A DNA stretch of 32,000 bases, from NCBI GenBank assembly GCA_963850305.1, contig CAWKKR010000001.1, positions 283,931-315,930 on the forward strand, written 5' to 3'. The position numbers and the translations under genes were made by a program. The number at the start of each line of letters is the position of its first letter. Position 1 is the first letter of the stretch. Of the stretch, positions 8,129 through 18,752 are shown piece by piece. The notes beneath the pieces were generated by a model. It searched no databases, was not told the origin of the DNA, and saw only the letters and a list, made by a program, of their open reading frames with translations. Source of the DNA: an uncultured delta proteobacterium. GTDB taxonomy: Bacteria > Myxococcota_A > Polyangia > Polyangiales > Polyangiaceae.

Positions 8129-10030
8129 ATGCGCGCCTGCCCGCGCTGCGGCACCCCGAATCCGGACGGCACGACCGCTTGTGTCGCGTGCGGCTCGACC
8201 CTGGACGTCCCACCCCGGCCGGCCGCGGGTGGGTTCAAACAGACGATGCTCGGAATACCGCCGTCAGCGGCCGCGCCGATTCCTGGGTCGCCCGACCGCG
8301 GCCAGGCGCCGCCACTGGCGCGGATGGGCACTATCATTGGCCTTCAGAGTCCAGTGGCTGTCGGTCCGCCCGCGTCCGCGCTGCCCCACGAGCCGCCATC
8401 GGCACCGGCGGCCCCCGCATATCAAGCACCTGCCTCGTCGAGTCTGAAGCAAACGATGCTCGGTTATGCGCCAGCGGCCGGATTCGGGGAAAGGGGGCAC
8501 GCGGCGCCTCCGGCGCCGGCGACGCAACCGAGCCCTGCCCTCGCGGCGCACGGCGCACCTCGATTCGAGGACCCGGCGCCTCCGTACGCTGCCCCGCAAC
8601 CTGTCGTTGCCACCCCATTCATCGGCAGTGATGCCTCCGCGGGCCCGCCACGGGCGGGACTGAAGATGCACACCATGCTCGGAGTCGCGCGCCCCGGAAT
8701 CGCTCCACTCCACGCGGGACAACCCGAGCCGCCGCCTCCACCCGTCGCCCCCCCACCCGAGCTCGTTCATCGACCGCCAATCGACGAGCCTCGAACCTTC
8801 GACGACGAGCCCCCCGCGCCCAGACGACCGGGACTGCCGAGGGGGGCCGTGGTGCTCACGGCCGTGTCGGCTCTACTGGCCGTGACCGCCGGGGTAGTCG
8901 CATTCCTCTGGCAGTCCCCTCGCCCGATTCACGCCGAGGTAACGCTGGACGACCGCGGGATCGAGGCGCTGTCACTCACCTGCGATGACTGCGCCGACGG
9001 AACGACGGTCTCGATCGGTTCGAACCACGCCACTTTCAAGGCGAAGAAGGCATCGCTCGGTCTCTCCAAGGCGCTCGATGTCGGCAAGAACGAAGTCGTC
9101 GTGGACGTGCAGCGCCCGGGCATCGGCAGAGATGAAGACGTCACCCTCTCGGTTCCGGTAGATTACCTGGTGCGAGGCGTGCTCACGTCGCTCGCCGAGG
9201 ACCCGCCCAAACTCAAGGTCGCGGTGCAGGCCGTGCCCGGCGCAGCGGTGGTCGTTGACGGTCACGCCGTGACGCTCGACGCGATCGGCAAGGGCGAATA
9301 CAGCGTCGACGTGTCCCACGACCTCGAGGGGCCCGCGGACACGATTCTGCCATTCGAGCGCAAGTTCCCATACACGGTCACGCCGCCGGGAGGCGCCGCG
9401 CAGCAGGGCGACGTGACTCTGAGATTCGGGATCGTTCCGCTTCGAATCGATGCGCCCGGTGACGGCATCATCGTCGACGGACAGACGTTCATGCTTAGCG
9501 GGCGAACGCTGAAAGACGGGCGCATCACGGTGAGCGGACGACCCATCACGGTGGACGCGGAGGGACGCTTCGCGCAGCTGATGAACGTCTCTTCGATCGG
9601 AGCAACGACCATCGTCGTCCGGGCCGAGGCGAAGGATCACGCGCCGCGACTGGTGCGTGTCGGTGTCCAGCGTGTCGCAAGCTTGCGGGACGAAGCGACC
9701 GTCTTTCGACAATCGGCGACGGAGCGATACGACGGCATCGCTTCGGCAGACGCGAGCAAAGGGATGGCCGTCGCGCTCGACGGTGAAGTGGTCGAGTCGC
9801 GCCTGGACGGCGAGATGACGGTGTTGCTCCTCGACGTGAAGAAGGGTTGCCCGAGCGCGCCCTGTCTGGCGAAAGTCGTCTACGGGGGCAGGTTCGACGC
9901 CAAGCGCGGCGCGCTCCTCGGCGCGTACGGTCACGTGGATGGCTCGGTCGACGGCCCTCGGACGGGACAGCGAATTCCACAGATCGCCGCGGAGTTCTTG
10001 CTCCCGGATGCCGGAAAGAAGAAGCGCTAG
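8129..10030 (+). CDS. Zinc-ribbon / Pro-rich single-pass membrane protein with large beta-rich C-terminal (probably periplasmic) domain
   Basis: The N-terminus MRACPRCGTPNPDGTTACVACG is a CxxC...CxxC zinc ribbon. A Pro-rich linker carries three K-x-TMLG motifs (FKQTMLG, LKQTMLG, LKMHTMLG), followed by a TM helix AVVLTAVSALLAVTAGVVAFLW and a ~370-aa beta-rich region. No family name recalled. Confidence 0.8.
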   Translation: MRACPRCGTPNPDGTTACVACGSTLDVPPRPAAGGFKQTMLGIPPSAAAPIPGSPDRGQAPPLARMGTIIGLQSPVAVGPPASALPHEPPSAPAAPAYQAPASSSLKQTMLGYAPAAGFGERGHAAPPAPATQPSPALAAHGAPRFEDPAPPYAAPQPVVATPFIGSDASAGPPRAGLKMHTMLGVARPGIAPLHAGQPEPPPPPVAPPPELVHRPPIDEPRTFDDEPPAPRRPGLPRGAVVLTAVSALLAVTAGVVAFLWQSPRPIHAEVTLDDRGIEALSLTCDDCADGTTVSIGSNHATFKAKKASLGLSKALDVGKNEVVVDVQRPGIGRDEDVTLSVPVDYLVRGVLTSLAEDPPKLKVAVQAVPGAAVVVDGHAVTLDAIGKGEYSVDVSHDLEGPADTILPFERKFPYTVTPPGGAAQQGDVTLRFGIVPLRIDAPGDGIIVDGQTFMLSGRTLKDGRITVSGRPITVDAEGRFAQLMNVSSIGATTIVVRAEAKDHAPRLVRVGVQRVASLRDEATVFRQSATERYDGIASADASKGMAVALDGEVVESRLDGEMTVLLLDVKKGCPSAPCLAKVVYGGRFDAKRGALLGAYGHVDGSVDGPRTGQRIPQIAAEFLLPDAGKKKR

Positions 10031-10169
10031 CGTCCACGAGGAGGCGGCTGGCTGACGCTGGGCGACGACCAGCTCGGAGAAATCGAGCTCTGGAGGCGCA
10101 GGTAGCTGGCGCGCGGCTGCCCCTTGATTATACTCGTTGCCGGACCGATATGGTCCCAGCTCAAACGCC

Positions 10170-10493
10170 ATGATCTCCATCACCAAACTCGCCGCGGAAA
10201 AGGTTCACGAAATAGCCAGCTCGGAAGGCCTGGTCGGCCAGGGGCTGCGCCTTCGCGTCATCGGCGGAGGGTGCGCCGGCTTCCAGTACGACCTGTACTT
10301 CGAAGAGGCGCCGACGGAGATGGATGAGCAATTCGAGTCGAACGGCGTTCCGCTGTTCGTGGACCCGTTGAGCTACCAGTACCTGGATGGGACGGAGATC
10401 GACTATGTCGACGGCCCGCACGGCTCCGGCTTCAAGTTCGGGAACCCGAACATAACCAGCACCTGCGGTTGCGGTTCGTCTTTCAACGTTTGA
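10170..10493 (+). CDS. Iron-sulfur cluster insertion/assembly protein, IscA/ErpA/HesB family
   Basis: MISITKLAAEKVHEI...GLRLRVIGGGCAGFQYDL...VDPLSYQYLDGTEIDYV...GFKFGNPN..TCGCGSSFNV shows the three conserved Cys (C-x~60-C-G-C) and the family length. ATG 10170 fits the family N-terminus better than the track start 10137. Confidence 0.9.
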   Translation: MISITKLAAEKVHEIASSEGLVGQGLRLRVIGGGCAGFQYDLYFEEAPTEMDEQFESNGVPLFVDPLSYQYLDGTEIDYVDGPHGSGFKFGNPNITSTCGCGSSFNV

Positions 10494-10612
10494 TCCGAGC
10501 CCGCGCAACCATTTGGCCATCGGGCGCGTACTGTATGTGACGGGACCGACTTGGTCCGGTCATGACCGTACGTGGCGGCCGTCTCCGAAGCGGGCGGCCG
10601 AAAAGGCATCCC

Positions 10613-11533
10613 ATGGCATACGAAGCGGATCCGTCCATCTCTCGATACATCGCGATGGTGCAATCCTTCCCGCAGCTCAGCCGCGAGGACGAGCTGGCGC
10701 TCGCAAAGGCATGGACCGACCGGGGAGACGAGGCCGCCGCGGACAAGCTGGTTCGCGCGCACCTTCGCTACGTAGTCGCGATCGCCCTGAAGTATCGCCG
10801 CTACGGCGTTCCGCTCTCCGAACTGATCGCCGAAGGAAATTTCGGTGTCGTTCACGCGCTGAAGAAGTTTCAGCCTGACCGCGGCAATCGATTCGTCACC
10901 TACGCAGCTTACTGGATTCGCGCCTACGTGCTCAATTATGTCATTCGGTCCTGGAGTCTCGTCGGTGCGGGCTCCGGCGCGCTCCGGTCGAAGATGTTTT
11001 TCCGGCTCCGACGCGAGAAGGTTCGTGTCCTGAACCTGGTCGGAGACGGAGAGGCTGCGGACGATCTGCTCGCCCAGCGGCTCGGGCTTTCCGTTGACCA
11101 AGTCCAGGCAATGTTGCGGCGGCTGGAGGCGCGGGACGTGTCTCTCGACGCGAAAGTGTTCGACGATTCGGGAACGGCCCTACTGGACACGCTGGCCGCT
11201 CCTGGGCAGGACCAGGAACAGGCGCTGGCCACACGCGGTCTCCGAGATCGTCTGAGGGACGCCGTGAAGGAAGCGGTGGAGGAGCTGGATGAGAGGGAAC
11301 GCTTCATCGTCGAGCAGCGTCTGATGGCCGACCCGGAGGACGAGCTGAGTCTCGCGGAGCTCGGACGTCGCCTGGGCGTCTCGAGGGAACGCGCCCGCCA
11401 GCTCGAGGCGCGCGCGAAGAAAAAGCTGCGGGGAAGACTCGAAACGCTGGCCGAGGAAGAGGGGCAGCTGGCAAGCGACCGGCCCACGAGCTTCCAGGCG
11501 CCGGAGATCCCGAGCGCGCCGCTATCGAGCTGA
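10613..11533 (+). CDS. RNA polymerase sigma factor, sigma-70 family, RpoH (sigma-32)-like
   Basis: Region 2 reads LVRAHLRYVVAIALKYRRYGVPLSELIAEGNFGVVHALKKFQPDRGNRFVTYAAYWIRAYV. An RpoH-box-like ALRSKMFFRLRRE follows, and region 4 has the HTH LSLAELGRRLGVSRERARQLEARAKKKLR. ATG 10613 follows GAAAAGG. Confidence 0.85.
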   Translation: MAYEADPSISRYIAMVQSFPQLSREDELALAKAWTDRGDEAAADKLVRAHLRYVVAIALKYRRYGVPLSELIAEGNFGVVHALKKFQPDRGNRFVTYAAYWIRAYVLNYVIRSWSLVGAGSGALRSKMFFRLRREKVRVLNLVGDGEAADDLLAQRLGLSVDQVQAMLRRLEARDVSLDAKVFDDSGTALLDTLAAPGQDQEQALATRGLRDRLRDAVKEAVEELDERERFIVEQRLMADPEDELSLAELGRRLGVSRERARQLEARAKKKLRGRLETLAEEEGQLASDRPTSFQAPEIPSAPLSS

Positions 11534-11550
11534 ACCGTTCCGACATCGAG

Positions 11551-11579
11551 TTGCCGGACAGCGTCGGCTCCTCTATGGT
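11551..11579 (+). promoter_or_regulatory. Putative sigma-70-type promoter of rnpB
   Basis: TTGCCG (11551..11556), a 17-nt spacer, then TATGGT (11574..11579). The predicted start about 7 nt downstream coincides with the first base of the RNase P P1 helix (about 11586). Confidence 0.45.
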
Positions 11580-11585
11580 CCCGAA

Positions 11586-11955
11586 CGCTGCGGTGGCTCA
11601 GGCGGTCGCTCGACTTCTTCGGGAGCCGAGAGGAAAGTCCGGGCTCCACAGGGCAGGATGCCGGGTAACTCCCGGTGAGGGTGACCTCGAGGAAAGTGCC
11701 ACAGAAAATAGACCACCCGGGCGGCCCTGGCCGGTCGGGCAAGGGTGAAAAGGCGGGGTAAGAGCCCACCGCGCAGCCGGCAACGGTTGTGGCAAGGCAA
11801 ACCCCATCCGGAGCAAGGCCATGTACAGGGGCGTCCGAGGGCTGCCCGCCCGAGCCCCAGGGTAGGCCGCATCAGGCGCGCGGCGACGCGCGTCGCAGAG
11901 GAATGATCGCTACCGCCGAGGCGGTACAGAACCCGGCTTACGAACTATCGCAGCG
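11586..11955 (+). ncRNA. rnpB: RNase P RNA, bacterial type A
   Basis: Contains the universally conserved blocks GAGGAAAGTCCGGGCTCCACAGGGCA, GTGCCACAGAAAATA, GGGTAAGAGCCCACCGCG, CCGGAGCAAGGCC and ACAGAACCCGGCTTA in the E. coli M1 RNA order. An 11-bp P1 helix forms between 11586..11596 (CGCTGCGGTGG) and 11945..11955 (CTATCGCAGCG). Ends are good to +/- a few nt. Confidence 0.95.
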
Positions 11956-11957
11956 GG

Positions 11958-11988
11958 GCCGGCGAGGCGAAAGTCTCGCCGGCTTTTT
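11958..11988 (+). terminator. Rho-independent terminator of rnpB
   Basis: GCCGGCGAGGC-GAAA-GTCTCGCCGGC forms an 11-bp stem (including one G-U) closed by a GAAA tetraloop (11958..11983), followed by TTTTT (11984..11988). The T-run abuts the stop codon (11988..11990) of the convergent minus-strand gene. Confidence 0.8.
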
Positions 11989-13559
11989 CATTGCGCGGCG
12001 AAGACGAACGGCACCTGCGCGGTCGTGGTCCCGCTCGATCGCGGGAACCGCCAGCCGCGGACCTTCGATTCGATGCAGTGTGCGAGAGCGGGGTACCCCC
12101 TCGGATCGCCCGTCGTCGTCACGTCCTCGACGGATCCCGAGGCGCCGATCGTGATCGTTACTCCGACTCGCGCGGAGCTTGGCGCGTCGGGAGCCCGCGC
12201 GGAAAGCGCCGTATCCCAGCAGCCGCGACGCACGCTCGAGCTGAAGTTTGCGACGACACGCTGGATCGAATTGCCGTCGAGCTGCCCGCCAGGTGCGTTG
12301 CCCGGACTCGAAACGTCCGGGCCTTGCGGCGCCGGGCCGAGATTCCCGAGAGAACCCAGGCCGCCGAGCGTCGGCAGTCCCTTGCTGGCGACCGGCGTCG
12401 GGCCCGGCTCGGCCTTCGACGCCACACCGCTGGTTCGCTTCGTTCCCCCACCCGAAACCGTCGACTCTTCGATCGTCTTGGGATCTCCGCCGACGGGCCC
12501 CGGAGCGGGTTTCGCGCTGGATTCGACCTGCACGTACTTCACGACCTCGTGTTGCTCGGTCTTGCTCAGGAACACCGCACCGACGGTGACTCCGAATGCG
12601 AGCGCAACGAACACCGCCACCCAGGCGGCGGGATGAGAGGTTTGCTTACTGCTCTTGACACCAATCTTGTCGAGTAGATCGCTCGGAACCTCGGATGGCA
12701 CCGGCACCGCCCCCGCAGCGGCTCGGGCCTGCGCCTCTTCGAGGGGCGACGGCGCAGGAATGGTCCGAGGATCGAACGGCTCGGACGCGCCACGTAACGC
12801 CTCCTCCACAAGCGTGACGAGTTCCGGAAAGGAGCTCAGGGGCTTCCATTCTTCGAACCCGTCCCGCCACACGAGCGAATCGAGCGTTACCTTGCGCTGC
12901 AGCGCGCGGTCGCGTAGCTCCGGCAGCCCCATCGGGCCGGTGGGCGTGCCTTCGATACCGACATACCATTCGTCCGAGGGCGCCGGCGACAAGGGCGCCG
13001 ACGACGGATGATCGACCGCCTGCGAGAACGCCGCGGCCAGCGCCATCCCGTCGTGAATGCGGGTCGGGGGCTCTTCCTCCGCGTCTACCTTCGGTGGGGC
13101 GACCTTTGGAGGCTCGGGCCGCGCCGAAACGCGCGCGGTAGGCACCGGCTCGTCCTCGGATGCAGGAGCCTTTTCGGCGACCGCCTCGGCCACGGCGGCG
13201 GCGCCTCGACGTGGCGGGACGGCGGCCGGTCGCTTCGGCGCTGGAGCCGTGCGTTTAGGAGCAGGCCCCTTCGCAGCGGGGGAAGTCCCCCGGCGCGCCG
13301 GGGGAGCGCCCCCAGCGCCAGGCGTCGGCCGCCCCGGCTCGGCAATGGGGCGTTCCTCGGAACCTCGGTCTTGATCCTCGTCGTCGTCATCGGAGTCTGC
13401 CGCTACGCCAGGCGGCCTGAGCGACTCGGGAACGCTGGCGCTGTGGATGTCGATGACGTGCCCGCACTTGCGACACTTCATCCGCGAGGACGCCCGCTGG
13501 GCGAGCTTCTCGTCGGCGATGCGATACTTCGCCTTGCACTGAGGACAGAGAAACTTCAT
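11988..13559 (-). CDS. Zinc-ribbon (MJ0042-type) / GYF_2 / single-TM / AgmX-PglI (TonB-C-like) C-terminal domain protein; GltJ/AgmX-like architecture
   Basis: ATG 13559 gives MKFLCPQCKAKYRIADEKL...MKCRKCGHVIDI, a zinc ribbon. A Pro/Ala-rich linker leads to a GYF_2-like segment (EWYVGIEGTPTGPMGLPELRD...VWRDGFEEWKPLSSFPEL) and a TM helix (AAWVAVFVALAFGVTVGAVFL). The C-terminus IQRVVANFSSSVRRGCWD...VGVTITIGASGSV...CIESKVRGWRFP matches the myxobacterial AgmX/PglI tail. Confidence 0.8.
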   Translation of the reverse strand: MKFLCPQCKAKYRIADEKLAQRASSRMKCRKCGHVIDIHSASVPESLRPPGVAADSDDDDEDQDRGSEERPIAEPGRPTPGAGGAPPARRGTSPAAKGPAPKRTAPAPKRPAAVPPRRGAAAVAEAVAEKAPASEDEPVPTARVSARPEPPKVAPPKVDAEEEPPTRIHDGMALAAAFSQAVDHPSSAPLSPAPSDEWYVGIEGTPTGPMGLPELRDRALQRKVTLDSLVWRDGFEEWKPLSSFPELVTLVEEALRGASEPFDPRTIPAPSPLEEAQARAAAGAVPVPSEVPSDLLDKIGVKSSKQTSHPAAWVAVFVALAFGVTVGAVFLSKTEQHEVVKYVQVESSAKPAPGPVGGDPKTIEESTVSGGGTKRTSGVASKAEPGPTPVASKGLPTLGGLGSLGNLGPAPQGPDVSSPGNAPGGQLDGNSIQRVVANFSSSVRRGCWDTALSARAPDAPSSARVGVTITIGASGSVEDVTTTGDPRGYPALAHCIESKVRGWRFPRSSGTTTAQVPFVFAAQ

Positions 13560-13583
13560 GGCGCGGTCGTAGGGCGGCGCGAC

Positions 13584-13600
13584 ATGCAATCAGGTAGCCG
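13584..13600 (-). promoter_or_regulatory. Candidate sigma-54 (-24/-12) promoter element upstream of the ZnR-GYF-TonB-C-like gene
   Basis: The minus strand reads CGGCTAC-CTGA-TTGCAT. GG and GC have the canonical GG-N10-GC spacing and the -12 element TTGCAT is perfect, but the -24 element is GGC only (CGGCTA versus TGGCAC). It lies in the 52-nt gap between the REC-TPR stop (13612) and ATG 13559. Confidence 0.35.
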
Positions 13601-13611
13601 TGAAAGACCGT

Positions 13612-14460
13612 TCACAGGAGGGTGAGCAGATGTTGTTTGATCGACTGCCGCGTCAGGTCGTCGGGTGCAACATTTAACGCGCGTTCCCACATTTCAGTCG
13701 CTTTGTTACGGAAGCCGGCCTTCTGGTACAGAATGGCGAGGTTCCTCACGGCCGGGAAGTGTCTCGAGTTTATCTCAACCGCGCGCTCGAGCTCACTGAT
13801 TGCTTCATAGACGTGCCCTTTCTTTCCCTGAAGGAGTCCCAGATGGAAGTGAAGCCGAAACGCCAGCGGGTCGATGGCGATCCCTCTCCGGAGATGTGCG
13901 ACGGCGTCGTCGATTCGCCCATCCTGGTATGCTGCCACGCCTGCATTGAGTTCCTGCTCTGCCTCCTCCGACATCTCTCGTACGCGCGAACTGGAGGGCT
14001 CGTCCTCTGAATCGAGCGAGATTTCCACGGCTCTGACGAGCTCCGCGATCTTGAACGGCTTCTCCAGATAGTGCTCGACTCCGCAGCTTTCCCGGAGATC
14101 CTCGGCGAACCTCCAGCCCCGGTACACCGCACTCACCATGATGATGGGGAGGTGAGCGTAGCGTTTGCTCGCCTTGATTCGGCGGGCGATCTCGAACCCG
14201 TGAACCTCCGGAAGCATCGCATCGAGGATCACGAGATCCGGCGCATGTTCCTTGACCATCCCGAGCGCTGCGCGCCCGTTGTCCGTCGAAACGACGCGGT
14301 AACCCTTGCCCTGGAGCAGCCGCTCCAGCATCAGCCGGATGTCCTGTTCGTCGTCCACCACGAGGACGGTCTTCGTGCCGGGTGCCATAACCACGGAGAT
14401 CCGGTCCGGCGCCTCGATGACCGCGCTGAGTTCCTTCGAGAGAATCGCCGAAGTCCGCAT
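13612..14460 (-). CDS. Response regulator receiver domain fused to C-terminal TPR repeats
   Basis: KTVLVVDDEQDIRLML...DLVILDAMLPEVHGFEIARRIK...PIIMVSAV...LEKPFKI is a receiver domain. TPR-like repeats follow (AGVAAYQDGRIDDAVAHLRRGIAIDP...GLLQGKKGHVYEAISELERAVEINS...AILYQKAGFRNKATEMWERALNVAP). The start is unresolved: ATG 14460, ATG 14388 (MAPGTKTVLVVDD), or a fusion to the upstream ORF (see findings). Confidence 0.85.
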   Translation of the reverse strand: MRTSAILSKELSAVIEAPDRISVVMAPGTKTVLVVDDEQDIRLMLERLLQGKGYRVVSTDNGRAALGMVKEHAPDLVILDAMLPEVHGFEIARRIKASKRYAHLPIIMVSAVYRGWRFAEDLRESCGVEHYLEKPFKIAELVRAVEISLDSEDEPSSSRVREMSEEAEQELNAGVAAYQDGRIDDAVAHLRRGIAIDPLAFRLHFHLGLLQGKKGHVYEAISELERAVEINSRHFPAVRNLAILYQKAGFRNKATEMWERALNVAPDDLTRQSIKQHLLTLL

Positions 14461-14487
14461 CTGGCAGGTCGCTGTCGCGGACGCGTT

Positions 14488-15031
14488 TCATCTTTTCGTC
14501 CACGACCACCGCCGTCTCGACCACGGGGCTCGACTCGGGCTCCGACGCCGCGGGCTCGGACAGCGTCTTGGAGCCAGCCTGAGCCTTCTTGACAACCTCG
14601 GGGGGGCAGGCCGAACCGACGTAGAACTGCTCGTCCCGGGAGCGCATCGAGTACGCCCGCTCGATCGTCTCCGCGAGCGGACCCGCGGGTGCGGCGTAAG
14701 GGAAGACTTTTTTGTCGGTCACGAACTCGAGCTCGTCGATCACCTTTTGCTCGAGGGGGTTGGCCATTGCGACGAACAGCCGGTCTTCCCTAACGAGGAC
14801 CGGGAGGATGACGTGCCGCCGCGCGATCTCGAGCGGGATCAGATCCAAATCCACGAGTCGGACACACACCTGCTCGAGGTCGATGGCCGGTACGCCGAAT
14901 TTCTCGCTGAGCGCTTTCAGCTCGTCGACGTCGGACGTGACTCGATTCTTCGCCTGCGCGGCGTCGCCGGAGCCTATCGCCCTCTGCTGGAGCGCGATGC
15001 GCCCGATGTTCTTCTTGTCGCCCTGGCTCAT
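14488..15031 (-). CDS. T2SSE_N / MshEN-like domain protein; 3' end unresolved because of an apparent frame break
   Basis: ATG 15031 follows TAAGGAG (tgt stop plus SD). GVPAIDLEQVCVRLVDLDLIPLEIARRHVILPVLVREDRLFVAMANPLEQKVIDELEFVTDKKVFPYAAPAGPLAETIERAY is a GspE/PilB N-terminal-type domain. As written, the frame has no stop until 13805 and overlaps the REC-TPR gene, and the coding signal leaves this frame between about 14490 and 14445. Confidence 0.65.
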
Positions 15032-15048
15032 GGCTCGGACCCTGCTCC

Positions 15049-18667
<3,619 letters not shown>

Positions 18668-18752
18668 CTCGCCTGCGAGCCTAACCCCTAGTGACGCCGG
18701 TCCGCCAGCAGCGAAGTGCCGTGATCGGTCCAGGCAAAACCCGGCGAAAGTC

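Noticed and set aside
10129-10134. TATACT -10-like hexamer 35 nt upstream of the erpA-like ATG
   Set aside because: No acceptable -35 lies at 16-19 nt (CTGGCG/TAGCTG). It is plausible but unsupported.
8972-10186. 404-aa minus-strand ORF
   Set aside because: It lies antisense to the Zn-ribbon/TM protein gene and reaches into the erpA-like upstream region, with shadow-ORF composition.
10936-12154. ORFs 10936..11769(-), 11551..11748(+), 11573..11872(-), 11598..11822(-), 11789..12154(+)
   Set aside because: They overlap the sigma-factor gene antisense and/or the RNase P RNA gene, and the region is explained by rnpB.
18705-18721. Sigma-54-like string CGGCACTTCGCTGCTGG upstream of the NtrC-family gene
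   Set aside because: The -24 box is good (GGCAC), but the GC of the -12 element is one nucleotide too close (GG-N9-GC) and the -12 box is TGCT rather than TTGC.
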